Origin: Sedimentisphaera cyanobacteriorum
Lineage (GTDB): Bacteria; Planctomycetota; Phycisphaerae; Sedimentisphaerales; Sedimentisphaeraceae
Assembly: GCF_001997385.1 (NCBI RefSeq)
Contig: NZ_CP019633.1
Span: forward strand, 510,001-542,000
Direction of reading: 5' to 3'
DNA: 32,000 nt
The position numbers and the translations under genes were made by a program. The notes under the pieces were generated by a model. The model was not told the DNA's origin, did not search any database, and worked only from the letters and a program-made list of their open reading frames with translations. Shown here in pieces: positions 18,133 through 27,076 of the stretch (its first letter is position 1; every line of letters begins with the position of its first letter).

Positions 18133-21100
18133 TTAATCTTCAATAATTGGCTCAATCTCCGCAACAGCAACTGATTCATCCCCGCTGTTAGTACTCAGCA
18201 TTTTAAATTTCAAAAAACGCCCCTTAGGAGGGTTGGAGAAATGAATCGTCTCTCTTTTTTCTGAGCCATCAAAACTGCTGGAATGAAGAGCATCGTTCCA
18301 AGTTTGACCATTCATGCTGACGTAGATTTCATAATCCTTAACCCGAACATGAGCGGCATCCTGCCGAGGCAGATACGTAATGCCTTTGATCACTTCTTTT
18401 TCCCCAAGGTCGATGATAATCTCCTGCGGCATTTTTTTGTTGTTTTTCCAAGGAGAATGCCAGAATGTCTTTTCGCTGCCATCAATTGCTTTCAATACCT
18501 CATAGCCAGCAGCGGAATCGGATGCGGTTGTTCCTTTGATCATTTGTACTCGCAACGGATTAAAAAAAAGCTCTGAAAGGGATTCGATGTCAATCGTTTT
18601 GGACGGTTTGAAGGATTTGCTCTTCATGTAATTAATCAGGCTTTTTCTGAGCTGGCGTGCTGCAGGGCGATTTTTAAGGTCATTGAGAATATCGATCGAG
18701 CAGACCATTAACTTGCCCCGGCCAACTTTTGCTTCCATCATCAAGCCGAGCCGACGCGGATTGGTCCAATCATCAATGGGCTCTACAATCGCTTTATAAT
18801 TCTTCGGTAATGAATTGATGACCATCGGCTTTGAGTTTTCAAGCAGATCATACCATTGCCAGTTTGTATAGCTCTGGGTGGGAAAATCCGTGAGTGCAGG
18901 GTGCTGGTTGTCGCAGTAAATACCCACCGTATGGACAGAACTGCTGCTGAACATAATTCGTGTCCAGAAGATCGGAGTAAAACTGCCTTTTGTATTTCCT
19001 GCGACACTTTCTGGACGAGGAACGAGAAGGACAGTCTTTCCTTTATTTAATTCTTGAATGGTCTTGTCGTCCCATAACTGGCTTAAGATGATTTCATCAG
19101 ATTTCATTTCTGCCGGTTTTTCGTTGGGATAAACCCACATATCCCACGAATTTTCATTATCAAGCCCTTCAAGCTTAACGCTTAAATTAACTTGAGCGGC
19201 TTCTGTGATTGAGGAAAGAGGCTGTTTTATATTGCCAACAGTGGTTACAAAACCTGTAGGCAGATCAATTGGGCCAAAACTGCCTTTGCCAATGATTTTG
19301 CCTTTTTTATCGGTCAAGTTCCATTTAACATTTTTTCCTTCCAAATCTTTGCGGCCGTAATGGGAGATCATAACTTGAGCTTCAAGATCCCGATCGTTTT
19401 GCCATACAAAACTCTCAAATCGTGCCAGCGGGGTAGTTACATTGCAGAACTTGTTATACTCATCTGTTGTTACATAGCCCTTGCTTTCCCAGAATTCATC
19501 AAAAGAACCAACGGGCGCATACCCCTGCCCGGGGAAATCTCGCAGATCGAGCATCTGAACTCCTCCATATCCAGGTGTTCGCAAAGCTGCTTCCCACGTT
19601 GACTTATACAACAGTGTCTGGAACTTCCCGGAAGCCATGTAATAATCATCATATCGGTTCAGTGTTCCCCTGTCCCGCATAAAATCTTCGTATATATCAA
19701 GGTAATAGGGGTGTAGGCTGCCCTTGTATTTTTTGCGCACATCGAAATTGGGTAAGGTGGCCCACTGCCCGTCTTCGTGTGTTATAATCGGAATGTCACT
19801 GCTGTTAATAATTTTGCTGTAATCAAAATCAGTATCTGATGCACGAACTGAACGGAGTTTCTTGTCATAAAATTTGCCCTGCCCCGTAATAGCGAATTCA
19901 GCTTCCCTGCCAAAAATATGTCTCACATTATCGGTGAGCATCGTTCCATGCGTGCCTTTTTTATAGTGCCGCAAAAGCTTATCAGCCATGTTTGAGCCTT
20001 TTTCCTCTCTCAGTTCATTACCGATGGCCATAAATGCACAAGAGGGATGATTCCCGTACGCCAAGAGCAGCAAGGCTCCCTCTTCGAAAAGCCAATCGTC
20101 GGTGGTCTGGTTATTACCAAGACCGACCCACATGGTCATTTCTGACTGAAGCAAAATACCTACATCATCGGCAGCCTCAAAGGCGGCCTCGGGCGGACAC
20201 CATGAGTGATAACGGACATGATTGAGCCCGCAGGATTTTGCCATTTTATATATTTCGACCCAGCTTTCTTTATCCATCGGCGGATAGCCGGTATTCGGAA
20301 ATATACAGCAGTCCAGTGTGCCGCGTAAAAACAGATTCCGGCCGTTAATCTTTAACTGATTGCCGTCTGCATAAATGCGGCGAAGGCCAAATGTTGTATT
20401 ATAGACATCTGCATTCATTACGTCTGTCGTGTTCGTTTGCAGTTGACAGCTTAATGTATAGACAGCCGGCGTAAACTCATCCCACAAAACGGCGTTTTTG
20501 CCAATCTTATATATTTTTTCGACGTCAACATTCTTCCCCGCTGGTATCCTTGCAGTGAATGTTTTGGAGGGTGCCTGATGGCCTTTACCGAAATTTGTTT
20601 TAGCCTGATAATTTACACTAACCTCAACTGCTTTTTCAGAAGCGTTATTCAAATTAAAAACGACTTTAGCGGTTGGGTTTTCAGTGTCAATCGTATCAAC
20701 GGACACTTTAGCGATGTGTACCAAAGGTTTCGACTCAAGGTACAAATCTCCGATGATACCGTTCCAGTTGCTCTGCGTGTGGTCTGATATGTTATGGCCG
20801 CCAGCACCAACATTGATTTCTTTGATGCGATTGTCCACCCGAACGGTGATACGATGTTTGCCGGGGGTTAGATAATCGGAGAGATTGTACTGATGGGGTG
20901 CTGAAATTGAGTTTTGCATCCCTACACGTTTGTTATCCACCCAAAGCTGCGTTTCCCAGTGAACACGTTCCAAGTTTAGAAGAATCGTTGTGTCTTCCCA
21001 TTCATTAGGGATTTCAACGTTTTTTTGATACCATGCTGCTCCAACATAAACTCGGTCAGGGGTCCACCACATCGACTGGCGATAGAGACCGTTTTTAACG

Positions 21101-21375
21101 ACATAAGGCTCAAATTGCTCAATTTTGTTTACACGTCTAGTATAGCTGCCGTCAACTGTCCATTTAGTATCAACGCTCGGAATCTCACCGAATCCTTGCT
21201 CTTGGAGCGAACCTGGCAGCTGCACTTTATCACTGAGATGCTTAGAAAACCATTTTTCTGATATCCCAACATCCTTTGCGTCTAATGAAAAACGCCACTG
21301 ACCGGATAAATCAATAGTTTGGGCGCTTAAGCATATAGCAGTTATCAAAACTGCTGCGGTTTGGAAGTGCTTCAT
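18133..21375 (-). CDS. Secreted GH2-like glycoside hydrolase, paralog B, with a C-terminal F5/8-type-C (discoidin) carbohydrate-binding domain
   Basis: 1080 aa with signal peptide MKHFQTAAVLITAICLSAQT. Collinear with paralog A: LSGQWRFSLD...LPGSLQEQGFG; GLNHVRYHSWCPPEAAFEAADDVGILL; YGNHPSCAFMAIGNE (canonical NE acid/base motif); IITHE. An extra C-terminal block reads AIDGSEKTFWHSPW...VKDYEIYVS.NGQTW...VAVAEIEP. An AAGAGG RBS is present. Confidence 0.8.
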   Translation of the reverse strand: MKHFQTAAVLITAICLSAQTIDLSGQWRFSLDAKDVGISEKWFSKHLSDKVQLPGSLQEQGFGEIPSVDTKWTVDGSYTRRVNKIEQFEPYVVKNGLYRQSMWWTPDRVYVGAAWYQKNVEIPNEWEDTTILLNLERVHWETQLWVDNKRVGMQNSISAPHQYNLSDYLTPGKHRITVRVDNRIKEINVGAGGHNISDHTQSNWNGIIGDLYLESKPLVHIAKVSVDTIDTENPTAKVVFNLNNASEKAVEVSVNYQAKTNFGKGHQAPSKTFTARIPAGKNVDVEKIYKIGKNAVLWDEFTPAVYTLSCQLQTNTTDVMNADVYNTTFGLRRIYADGNQLKINGRNLFLRGTLDCCIFPNTGYPPMDKESWVEIYKMAKSCGLNHVRYHSWCPPEAAFEAADDVGILLQSEMTMWVGLGNNQTTDDWLFEEGALLLLAYGNHPSCAFMAIGNELREEKGSNMADKLLRHYKKGTHGTMLTDNVRHIFGREAEFAITGQGKFYDKKLRSVRASDTDFDYSKIINSSDIPIITHEDGQWATLPNFDVRKKYKGSLHPYYLDIYEDFMRDRGTLNRYDDYYMASGKFQTLLYKSTWEAALRTPGYGGVQMLDLRDFPGQGYAPVGSFDEFWESKGYVTTDEYNKFCNVTTPLARFESFVWQNDRDLEAQVMISHYGRKDLEGKNVKWNLTDKKGKIIGKGSFGPIDLPTGFVTTVGNIKQPLSSITEAAQVNLSVKLEGLDNENSWDMWVYPNEKPAEMKSDEIILSQLWDDKTIQELNKGKTVLLVPRPESVAGNTKGSFTPIFWTRIMFSSSSVHTVGIYCDNQHPALTDFPTQSYTNWQWYDLLENSKPMVINSLPKNYKAIVEPIDDWTNPRRLGLMMEAKVGRGKLMVCSIDILNDLKNRPAARQLRKSLINYMKSKSFKPSKTIDIESLSELFFNPLRVQMIKGTTASDSAAGYEVLKAIDGSEKTFWHSPWKNNKKMPQEIIIDLGEKEVIKGITYLPRQDAAHVRVKDYEIYVSMNGQTWNDALHSSSFDGSEKRETIHFSNPPKGRFLKFKMLSTNSGDESVAVAEIEPIIED

Positions 21376-21412
21376 ACAAAACCTCTTTTGAGTAATATTT
21401 ATTTTGAAGGCT

Positions 21413-21441
21413 TAAATACTCTAAGAAATAGATTCTATCAA
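21413..21441 (-). promoter_or_regulatory. Candidate sigma70-type promoter for GH2-like paralog B (TTGATA-17-TATTTA)
   Basis: On the minus strand, TTGATA (21441-21436) and TATTTA (21418-21413) are separated by 17 bp and lie about 40 nt upstream of the ATG at 21375. Such matches are common in AT-rich spacers. Confidence 0.3.
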
Positions 21442-21835
21442 TAAAATAATGGGTGTCTGCGCAGAATTGTGTAAAAAAACCGCAATTTTATGCAAATAAC
21501 TTTATGCTTGAAACGCAAGAGATGATGAAAGCGGCTTGGGAGAAAGCCCGGAGTTTAATCCCCCGCAGATATTTACGCACAGGCCGCATCCAAAGGCGGT
21601 TTTAGGCGTGAGGTAGTATAAAATCTTTTCTGTAAATTCGGGTTAAGGTTTTCCTCTGGGTGGAGGTGAGCAGGTCGAAGGCCTATAGGCAGTACGAGAA
21701 ATGTGCGTTGTACGCTGTTTGTCGCAGATACCTTTATCAATCCATTAAATTTTCTCAACAGCATCAAAAAAATATTTTCATTTAAAGGCAGAATCCCTCA
21801 TACTTAGATAAATATGAGTTCTGGATACTTGTTAA

Positions 21836-22360
21836 ATGAATGAAGACGCTCAAAGAACTGAGGAATTTGTAAGACTGCTCTCATCCAATCGAGGCAGGCT
21901 CTACGCTTATATTATGAGTTTTGTAGCAAATCATAATGATGCCGACGATATACTTCAGGAAACTACCACTACTATGTGGCGGAAATTTCAGCAGTTTGAG
22001 CTCGGCTCTGATTTTCTGGCCTGGGCTGCAACAATCGCATACTACAAAGTGCTTGAACACAGAAAAAGAGCAGCAAAGGAATCAAAACTGCAATTTTGCG
22101 ACGACCTCTTCGAGCAGATAAATTTAAGCTCCCTGAAAACTTGCAGGGATGCAGATGCCTACACCGCCCAGCTGCAGGAAAGCATTCAAACACTGCCGGA
22201 AAAGGACAGGGAACTTATAAGACAGAGATACTGGGACCAGCTGAGCGTGAATGAAATATCAAAGAGGACAGGAAAAACCGTCAGGGCGATATATTACAAC
22301 CTTGGCAGGATTCACAGCCTTTTGGCCAAGAGGGTTAAGAGGGGGGTGAACTGGCAGTGA
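21836..22360 (+). CDS. ECF-type RNA polymerase sigma factor (sigma-70 regions 2 and 4)
   Basis: 174 aa. The region 2 pattern is LYAYIMSFV.NHNDADDILQETTTTMWRKFQQF....FLAWAATIAYYKVLEHRKR. The region 4 helix-turn-helix is LSVNEISKRTGKTVRAIYYNLGRIHSLL. The stop overlaps the start of the downstream anti-sigma gene. Confidence 0.9.
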   Translation: MNEDAQRTEEFVRLLSSNRGRLYAYIMSFVANHNDADDILQETTTTMWRKFQQFELGSDFLAWAATIAYYKVLEHRKRAAKESKLQFCDDLFEQINLSSLKTCRDADAYTAQLQESIQTLPEKDRELIRQRYWDQLSVNEISKRTGKTVRAIYYNLGRIHSLLAKRVKRGVNWQ

Positions 22361-23949
22361 ACAATGAGATTTACAAAGAACTTAGGGCATTAACGGTAAA
22401 AACTTTAGAGCAGAACGCCTCTGAAAGAGAATTCCGGCGATTAGAGCAGATTCTCAAAGACGATCCAGCTGCTCAGGAACATTACGCCGAGCTTCTGAAA
22501 GTTAATATTGCTCTGGAAGATGCGGAGTCTAAAGGTGTTGAGAACAGTTTCGATCCGGTTCCGCCGGCAGAATCGGAAAGAACTGCTGTTTTTCACAGGA
22601 AAACGAGCAAGACTGGCAGAAAGTTTGACTTTTCAATATCCGAATCCAAAAAAACTGAATTCTTAAGAAGACTTCATCTAACCGCAGCATGGTTTGCTGC
22701 CGGTGCAGCGGTGTTTCTGCTGATATTGCTTATAAACTCCCGCCCCGGAGAGAACAGTTATCAGGCAGCTTCTGTTGAAAAGCTTATCGGCGATGTTCAA
22801 GGGCTTGAGGAAGGCGGAAAGCTCTTGAATACAGATTCTCCAGTAAAGCTTTCAGATTCTCAGGCAGCCCAGCTTATCTCTGCTTACGGTGCTAAGGTGG
22901 TAATAGAAGGGCCTGCTGAGTTTTCGATGTCTGATTTAGAGCAGCTCGAACTTACCTCGGGCAGGGTATTCTGCAGGGTGCCGAAAAATGCTTTGGGTTT
23001 CAGGGTAAACAGCGAGAAGCTCCGTGTAACAGATTTAGGCACCCAATTCGGCGTTGAAATCAGCACAAACGGGAAGAATCATCTTCAGGTTTACAAGGGC
23101 AGGGCTTCTCTGATATCCGGAAGGGAAGGCAGCAGCGTGGAGAGCCGCATTGTTGAGGACGGAATAGCTGTAAATGTAACCAGAAACTGCCGAATAGAGA
23201 ACGCCGAATTCTCAGGACACCGTTTCGCAAGGGAGCTCAGCAGTTCCAGCGGGCTGCTCTGGCGCGGGCAGAATTTTTCGTTAGCTTCCGTGATAGGAGG
23301 CGGAAACGGCCTCAATGCCGGCAGAAAAGATATGGCCCTTACTCTCACAGACTGGAAGCTTGAGCATAACAGCGAATACCGCCATTTGCAGTATTGGGAC
23401 GGCTTTTCAATGTGGAACAGGGTTGACCAAATTCCGTATATTGATTCGGTTTTCTCCACCAGAAGCAGCGGTGCCAGCAGCCTCTCAACCACAGGGCTGA
23501 AATATGATTTTCCGCCCTCCAGGGGCGATATGTTTGTAGGTTTCTCCAATGGCGTGGTAAACAGGCGAAAACCTGTTCTCGACGGGATCGATTATTCTAA
23601 AGTTGATCAGGAAATCCTTACCTTCTGCGCTAATCTCGGTATCACATTCGATATGAACCAGATAAGGCAGAGAATTGAAGGTGTTGAAATTACAGAATTT
23701 AAAACCAGAGTTGGAATTAACGATACTGATATAAAAGGTCTTGCTGATATATGGGTTCTCATTGACGGCAGGCCAGTAAAGAGAATTACAGGAATGAAAT
23801 ACAGCGACCCCTCTGTTGTTATATCCGTTCCTGTAAAACCATCCAGCCGTTTTCTCTCGCTTGCCCTATCCGATGGCGGGGACGACAATGCAAACGGAGG
23901 AGACTGGGCTGTATTCGTATCTCCAGAGCTGGTGCTCACAGAAAAATAA
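22357..23949 (+). CDS. Membrane anti-sigma factor: N-terminal anti-sigma helix, one TM segment, FecR domain and an NPCBM-like C-terminal domain
   Basis: The GTG start at 22357 overlaps the sigma TGA (GTGA), which suggests translational coupling. One TM segment is present (AAWFAAGAAVFLLILLI). FecR-like block: LTSGRVFCRVPKNALGFRVNSEKLRVTDLGTQFGVEI. The last ~110 aa (ANLGITFDM...FKTRVGINDT...DIWVLIDGRPVKRITGM...FLSLALSDGGDDNANGGDWAVFVSPELV) follow the NPCBM/NEW2 pattern as I recall it. Confidence 0.8.
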   Translation: MNNEIYKELRALTVKTLEQNASEREFRRLEQILKDDPAAQEHYAELLKVNIALEDAESKGVENSFDPVPPAESERTAVFHRKTSKTGRKFDFSISESKKTEFLRRLHLTAAWFAAGAAVFLLILLINSRPGENSYQAASVEKLIGDVQGLEEGGKLLNTDSPVKLSDSQAAQLISAYGAKVVIEGPAEFSMSDLEQLELTSGRVFCRVPKNALGFRVNSEKLRVTDLGTQFGVEISTNGKNHLQVYKGRASLISGREGSSVESRIVEDGIAVNVTRNCRIENAEFSGHRFARELSSSSGLLWRGQNFSLASVIGGGNGLNAGRKDMALTLTDWKLEHNSEYRHLQYWDGFSMWNRVDQIPYIDSVFSTRSSGASSLSTTGLKYDFPPSRGDMFVGFSNGVVNRRKPVLDGIDYSKVDQEILTFCANLGITFDMNQIRQRIEGVEITEFKTRVGINDTDIKGLADIWVLIDGRPVKRITGMKYSDPSVVISVPVKPSSRFLSLALSDGGDDNANGGDWAVFVSPELVLTEK

Positions 23950-23972
23950 TGCTATATTAAAGGGCAAACATT

Positions 23973-24815
23973 ATGTTAGACAGAAGAGATTTCCTTATTT
24001 CCAGTGCGGCGTTATCAGCCTGCGGTTTGAGTGTTTTGGCGGAAGAAAAAAGCGAAGAAAAGAAAATCATAACGCCTAAGAAGGGCATCGGCCTAGGGAC
24101 AAAAACGGGAAGCGGCTGGCTTGAAAAAATAAAACAGCTCAATGTAAGCTGGCATTACAACTGGGGGCTTAAAACGCCCGAAAAAGAGCCGAAAGGCATT
24201 TATCATGTTCCAATGATTTGGGGAAAATGGGGCGTTGACAAGGCCGCTGATTATCTCGAGGGACTAAGCAATTCCGGAGCGGCCGAAGATGTGCTTACAT
24301 TCAACGAACCGGACGGAAAAAAGCAGGCGAATATGTCTGTTGAGAAGGCTATAGAGCTCTGGCCAAAGCTGGAGGGCTGCGGCCTTCGGCTTGGCAGTCC
24401 TGCCTGCGTTCATCCGGATAATGAATGGATGCTCGATTTTATGGAGCAGGCTGAAAAGAAGAATCTCCGAGTTGATTTTGTAACTGTTCACGATTACGGC
24501 GGAGGGAATGCCGAAGGATTTATAAAAAAGCTCGAAGAGGTGAAAAAGCTTTACGGAAAGCCTCTTTGGATAACCGAATTTGCCGTTGGAGACTGGAAGG
24601 CAAAAAGCGTGCAGGAAAACAGGCATTCGCCCGCTAAGGTGCTCAGATTTATGAAAGAAGTGCTTCCAGAGCTCGAGAAGCTCGAGTTCCTTGAAAGATA
24701 TGCTTGGTTCCCCGCAGGCAGAAACAGCAAACATCTTGGAACATCCGCTCTTTTCAAGGAAGACGGAAGCCTTACCAACTTAGGCCGTTTTTATTCAAGG
24801 TTCGGCGTGAAATAA
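23973..24815 (+). CDS. GH128-like glycoside hydrolase (Glyco_hydro_cc catalytic core) with a Tat-like signal peptide
   Basis: 280 aa. The N-terminus is MLDRRDFLISSAALSACGLSVLA. Family blocks are present: SWHYNWG, VPMIWG, LTFNEPD, LGSPA, VDFVTVHDYG and PLWITEFAV. The start is 23 nt after the anti-sigma stop, so it is probably co-transcribed. Confidence 0.7.
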   Translation: MLDRRDFLISSAALSACGLSVLAEEKSEEKKIITPKKGIGLGTKTGSGWLEKIKQLNVSWHYNWGLKTPEKEPKGIYHVPMIWGKWGVDKAADYLEGLSNSGAAEDVLTFNEPDGKKQANMSVEKAIELWPKLEGCGLRLGSPACVHPDNEWMLDFMEQAEKKNLRVDFVTVHDYGGGNAEGFIKKLEEVKKLYGKPLWITEFAVGDWKAKSVQENRHSPAKVLRFMKEVLPELEKLEFLERYAWFPAGRNSKHLGTSALFKEDGSLTNLGRFYSRFGVK

Positions 24816-24831
24816 CAGATTCCCCGAGGTT

Positions 24832-25220
24832 TCACTCAAGAAACGCATTGGCAAGGTATCTGCCTTTGCTTTTGATAACCTCAACTCTGCAGCTGAAGGT
24901 TTCAGATAAAACTGAATCTGTCAAAACATTTTCGGGGGCTCCAGTACGCAGCTGCCGGCCGTGCTTTAACACCGCCACCAAATCAAGCTCTTCCGGAAGC
25001 TCCTCTAAATGATGGGTTACGCTCAGTATTGCGCGCTTATCATTACTGAGCCTCTTTATAAAATCGAGCACAATCGCGCGGTTGTACATATCCAGCCCGC
25101 TTGCAGGCTCATCCAGCAAAAGAAGCTTAGGCTCTCCCGCAACCGCCCTTAAAAGCAGACACATCATCATTTCGCCGGTTGACAGGGTGGCTATACGACG
25201 GGTTTTGAAATGCTGAATTT
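24832..25220 (-). pseudogene. ABC transporter ATP-binding protein, 3' fragment, separated from its 5' part by the IS
   Basis: Encodes the signature motif LSTGE, Walker B LLLLDEP, D-loop SGLD and H-loop VTHH through to the stop at 24832. The listed ORF start at 25338 lies inside the IS, so those 40 N-terminal residues are IS-derived read-through. Confidence 0.85.
25120..25220. repeat. Left copy of the 101-bp direct repeat (target-site duplication) flanking the IS
   Basis: Base-by-base identical to 27093-27193 with an offset of 1973 nt. The sequence is host ABC-gene coding sequence. Confidence 0.9.
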
Positions 25221-25236
25221 CCTGACTTCGGCGGTA
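25221..25236. repeat. IS left terminal inverted repeat
   Basis: CCTGACTTCGGCGGTA is the exact reverse complement of 27077-27092. Confidence 0.9.
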
Positions 25237-25329
25237 TGATTGTGGAAAACTCTGCAAAAAGTGCGTTTTGAGGCTGTTATGAGGGTTTGTTAAGTTCGGT
25301 TCGCTCGTAGTGCCTAATTTTTTATTTTT

Positions 25330-25357
25330 TTGACACAATGTTTTGATTTCGTATAAT
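25330..25357 (+). promoter_or_regulatory. Consensus sigma70 promoter of the transposase gene (TTGACA-16-TATAAT)
   Basis: TTGACA at 25330-25335 and TATAAT at 25352-25357, with a 16-bp spacer. The transposase ATG (25366) lies only 8 nt after the -10 hexamer and there is no Shine-Dalgarno sequence. Confidence 0.6.
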
Positions 25358-25365
25358 CTGCATTT

Positions 25366-26988
25366 ATGTTTATACGAGTAAAGACATCAAAAAACAGTCC
25401 GAAGCAGTCGGTACAGATTGTAGAGAGTTATCGCAACGAGAAGAACCAGCCTCGTCAGCGTATAGTTCGTCATCTCGGCACAGCCTTCACAGAAGAAGAG
25501 CTTAAGCGGCTCAAGGATTTTGCCGAATTCGAGAAGGCCAAGCTTGAGGCCGAGAAAACGCCGGCACTTTTCAAGCCTGAGCATCTTGCAGAAGCTGCAA
25601 TAGATGCCCGCAAAAACATTGATGATAAGCCTTTGCGGGTCAATCTAAAGAATCTCAGGGAACAGGCACGCATAACTACAGGCATCCATGAGGTATTCGG
25701 CAGCATCTACAATGAGCTTGGCTTTAACAATCTTTTCGATAGACGCAAAGAGTCTGCAGGCAAAAACCTTCGTCATATCACAATGGCAAGGCTTGCAAAC
25801 CCAGTGAGCAAACGCAGCAGCGTTCAGGATCTCTCCAAAGACTTCGGCATTAACCTTTCTTTAGACAGCGTTTACCGTATGATGGATAATATCACAGATG
25901 ATATTATCAGCAAGGCTCAAAACTGTGCTCACAGTGCTGCTAAAGGCCTTCTCGGCGAAGAGATAAGTCTTCTTTTCTACGACTGCACCACGCTTTATTT
26001 TGAATCATTTACAGAAGATGAGCTCAAAAAGAACGGCTACAGCAAGGATATGAAGTTCAATCAGCCGCAGGTTGTCCTTGGTCTTCTGTCCACATCAGAA
26101 GGGCTTCCAGTAGGTTATGAGGTATTCCCCGGCAATCAGTATGAAGGGCATACGCTGCATACTGTAATCCCTAAGATCAAAGAGAAATACAACCTCAAGC
26201 GTGTTATCTTCACCGCAGACAGCGCAATGCTTAGCAAGGCTAATCTTGATTACCTTGAAAAGCAGGGAGTTGAGTATATTGTGGCAGCGAGGCTTAAAAG
26301 CCTCACTGATAAATGGAAAGCAAAGGTTACAGAATCCAATGCCCCGCTTAGAAGCTTTGATTACGGCAAAGATACAAGGCTTATTGTTACCTACAGCGAT
26401 AAACTCGCTAAAAAGAATAAGCACGACAGGGATGAAGCTATAAGAAAGCTCCAGGAGAAGCTTGAAAAGAGCAGCAACCCCAAATCACTTATAAGCAACT
26501 ACGGCTACAAGAAGTTTATGCGTGTTACCGGCGATATAGACTGCCGGATAGATGAAGAGAAATACGCGCAGGCTGCGAATTTTGATGGTCTTCACGGTGT
26601 TATAACGAATGTCAAGGATATGGATGATTCGGCTGTAGTAGATCATTACAGGCAGCTCTGGCTGATTGAGGAGTGCTTCAGGATAAGCAAGCACGATCTG
26701 AAGATACGGCCGATATACCACTGGACGCCGAAACGAATCAAAGCCCATATACTGATATGCTTTATCGCTCTAACCTGCGCGAGAAATCTGGCCTACAGGG
26801 TTCGGCTGAGATTTGAGCCGATGTCTGTGGCGAGGATTGTAAATGCCCTCAACCACGTGCAGCTGAGCATACTCTGGGATAAGAAAACAGAGTGCAGATA
26901 TGTCCTGCCATCAAAGATTAACGAGGACGCAAGAAAACTCTATAAAACAGTTAATCTCAGCACCAATACAACGCCTTACAAAATGTAA
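25366..26988 (+). CDS. IS1634-family transposase (DDE)
   Basis: 540 aa. The N-terminus MFIRVKTSKNSPKQSVQIVESYRNEKNQPRQRIVRHLG is typical of IS1634-family transposases as I recall them. An IS4-like C-terminal block is present (YRQLWLIEECFRISKHDLKIRPIYHW...RIKAHILICFIAL). Confidence 0.9.
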   Translation: MFIRVKTSKNSPKQSVQIVESYRNEKNQPRQRIVRHLGTAFTEEELKRLKDFAEFEKAKLEAEKTPALFKPEHLAEAAIDARKNIDDKPLRVNLKNLREQARITTGIHEVFGSIYNELGFNNLFDRRKESAGKNLRHITMARLANPVSKRSSVQDLSKDFGINLSLDSVYRMMDNITDDIISKAQNCAHSAAKGLLGEEISLLFYDCTTLYFESFTEDELKKNGYSKDMKFNQPQVVLGLLSTSEGLPVGYEVFPGNQYEGHTLHTVIPKIKEKYNLKRVIFTADSAMLSKANLDYLEKQGVEYIVAARLKSLTDKWKAKVTESNAPLRSFDYGKDTRLIVTYSDKLAKKNKHDRDEAIRKLQEKLEKSSNPKSLISNYGYKKFMRVTGDIDCRIDEEKYAQAANFDGLHGVITNVKDMDDSAVVDHYRQLWLIEECFRISKHDLKIRPIYHWTPKRIKAHILICFIALTCARNLAYRVRLRFEPMSVARIVNALNHVQLSILWDKKTECRYVLPSKINEDARKLYKTVNLSTNTTPYKM

Positions 26989-27076
26989 TTTCACCCGCCG
27001 AAAAACCTTCCGAAATAGGGTTTGTAGTGCCTGCGCAAAAAATCGAGTCCTTTATTGACAAGGACTTATGAAAATT

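Noticed and set aside
21573-21767. 64-aa minus-strand ORF in the sigma/GH2 divergent spacer
   Set aside because: It has a TTG start preceded by a T-run with no RBS, and no recognisable fold or motifs. It is more likely non-coding (see the finding on this spacer).
23091-23549. 152-aa minus-strand ORF. Similar long antisense ORFs occur at 24264-24734, 29851-30312, 2904-3341 and 12986-13324.
   Set aside because: All are fully nested antisense within ORFs that carry clear family motifs. None shows a domain signature or a start context, so I treat them as frame shadows.
24704-25012. 102-aa plus-strand ORF spanning the GH128 3' end and the ABC gene 3' end
   Set aside because: It overlaps two better-supported convergent genes and its composition is Ser/Arg-rich and low-complexity.
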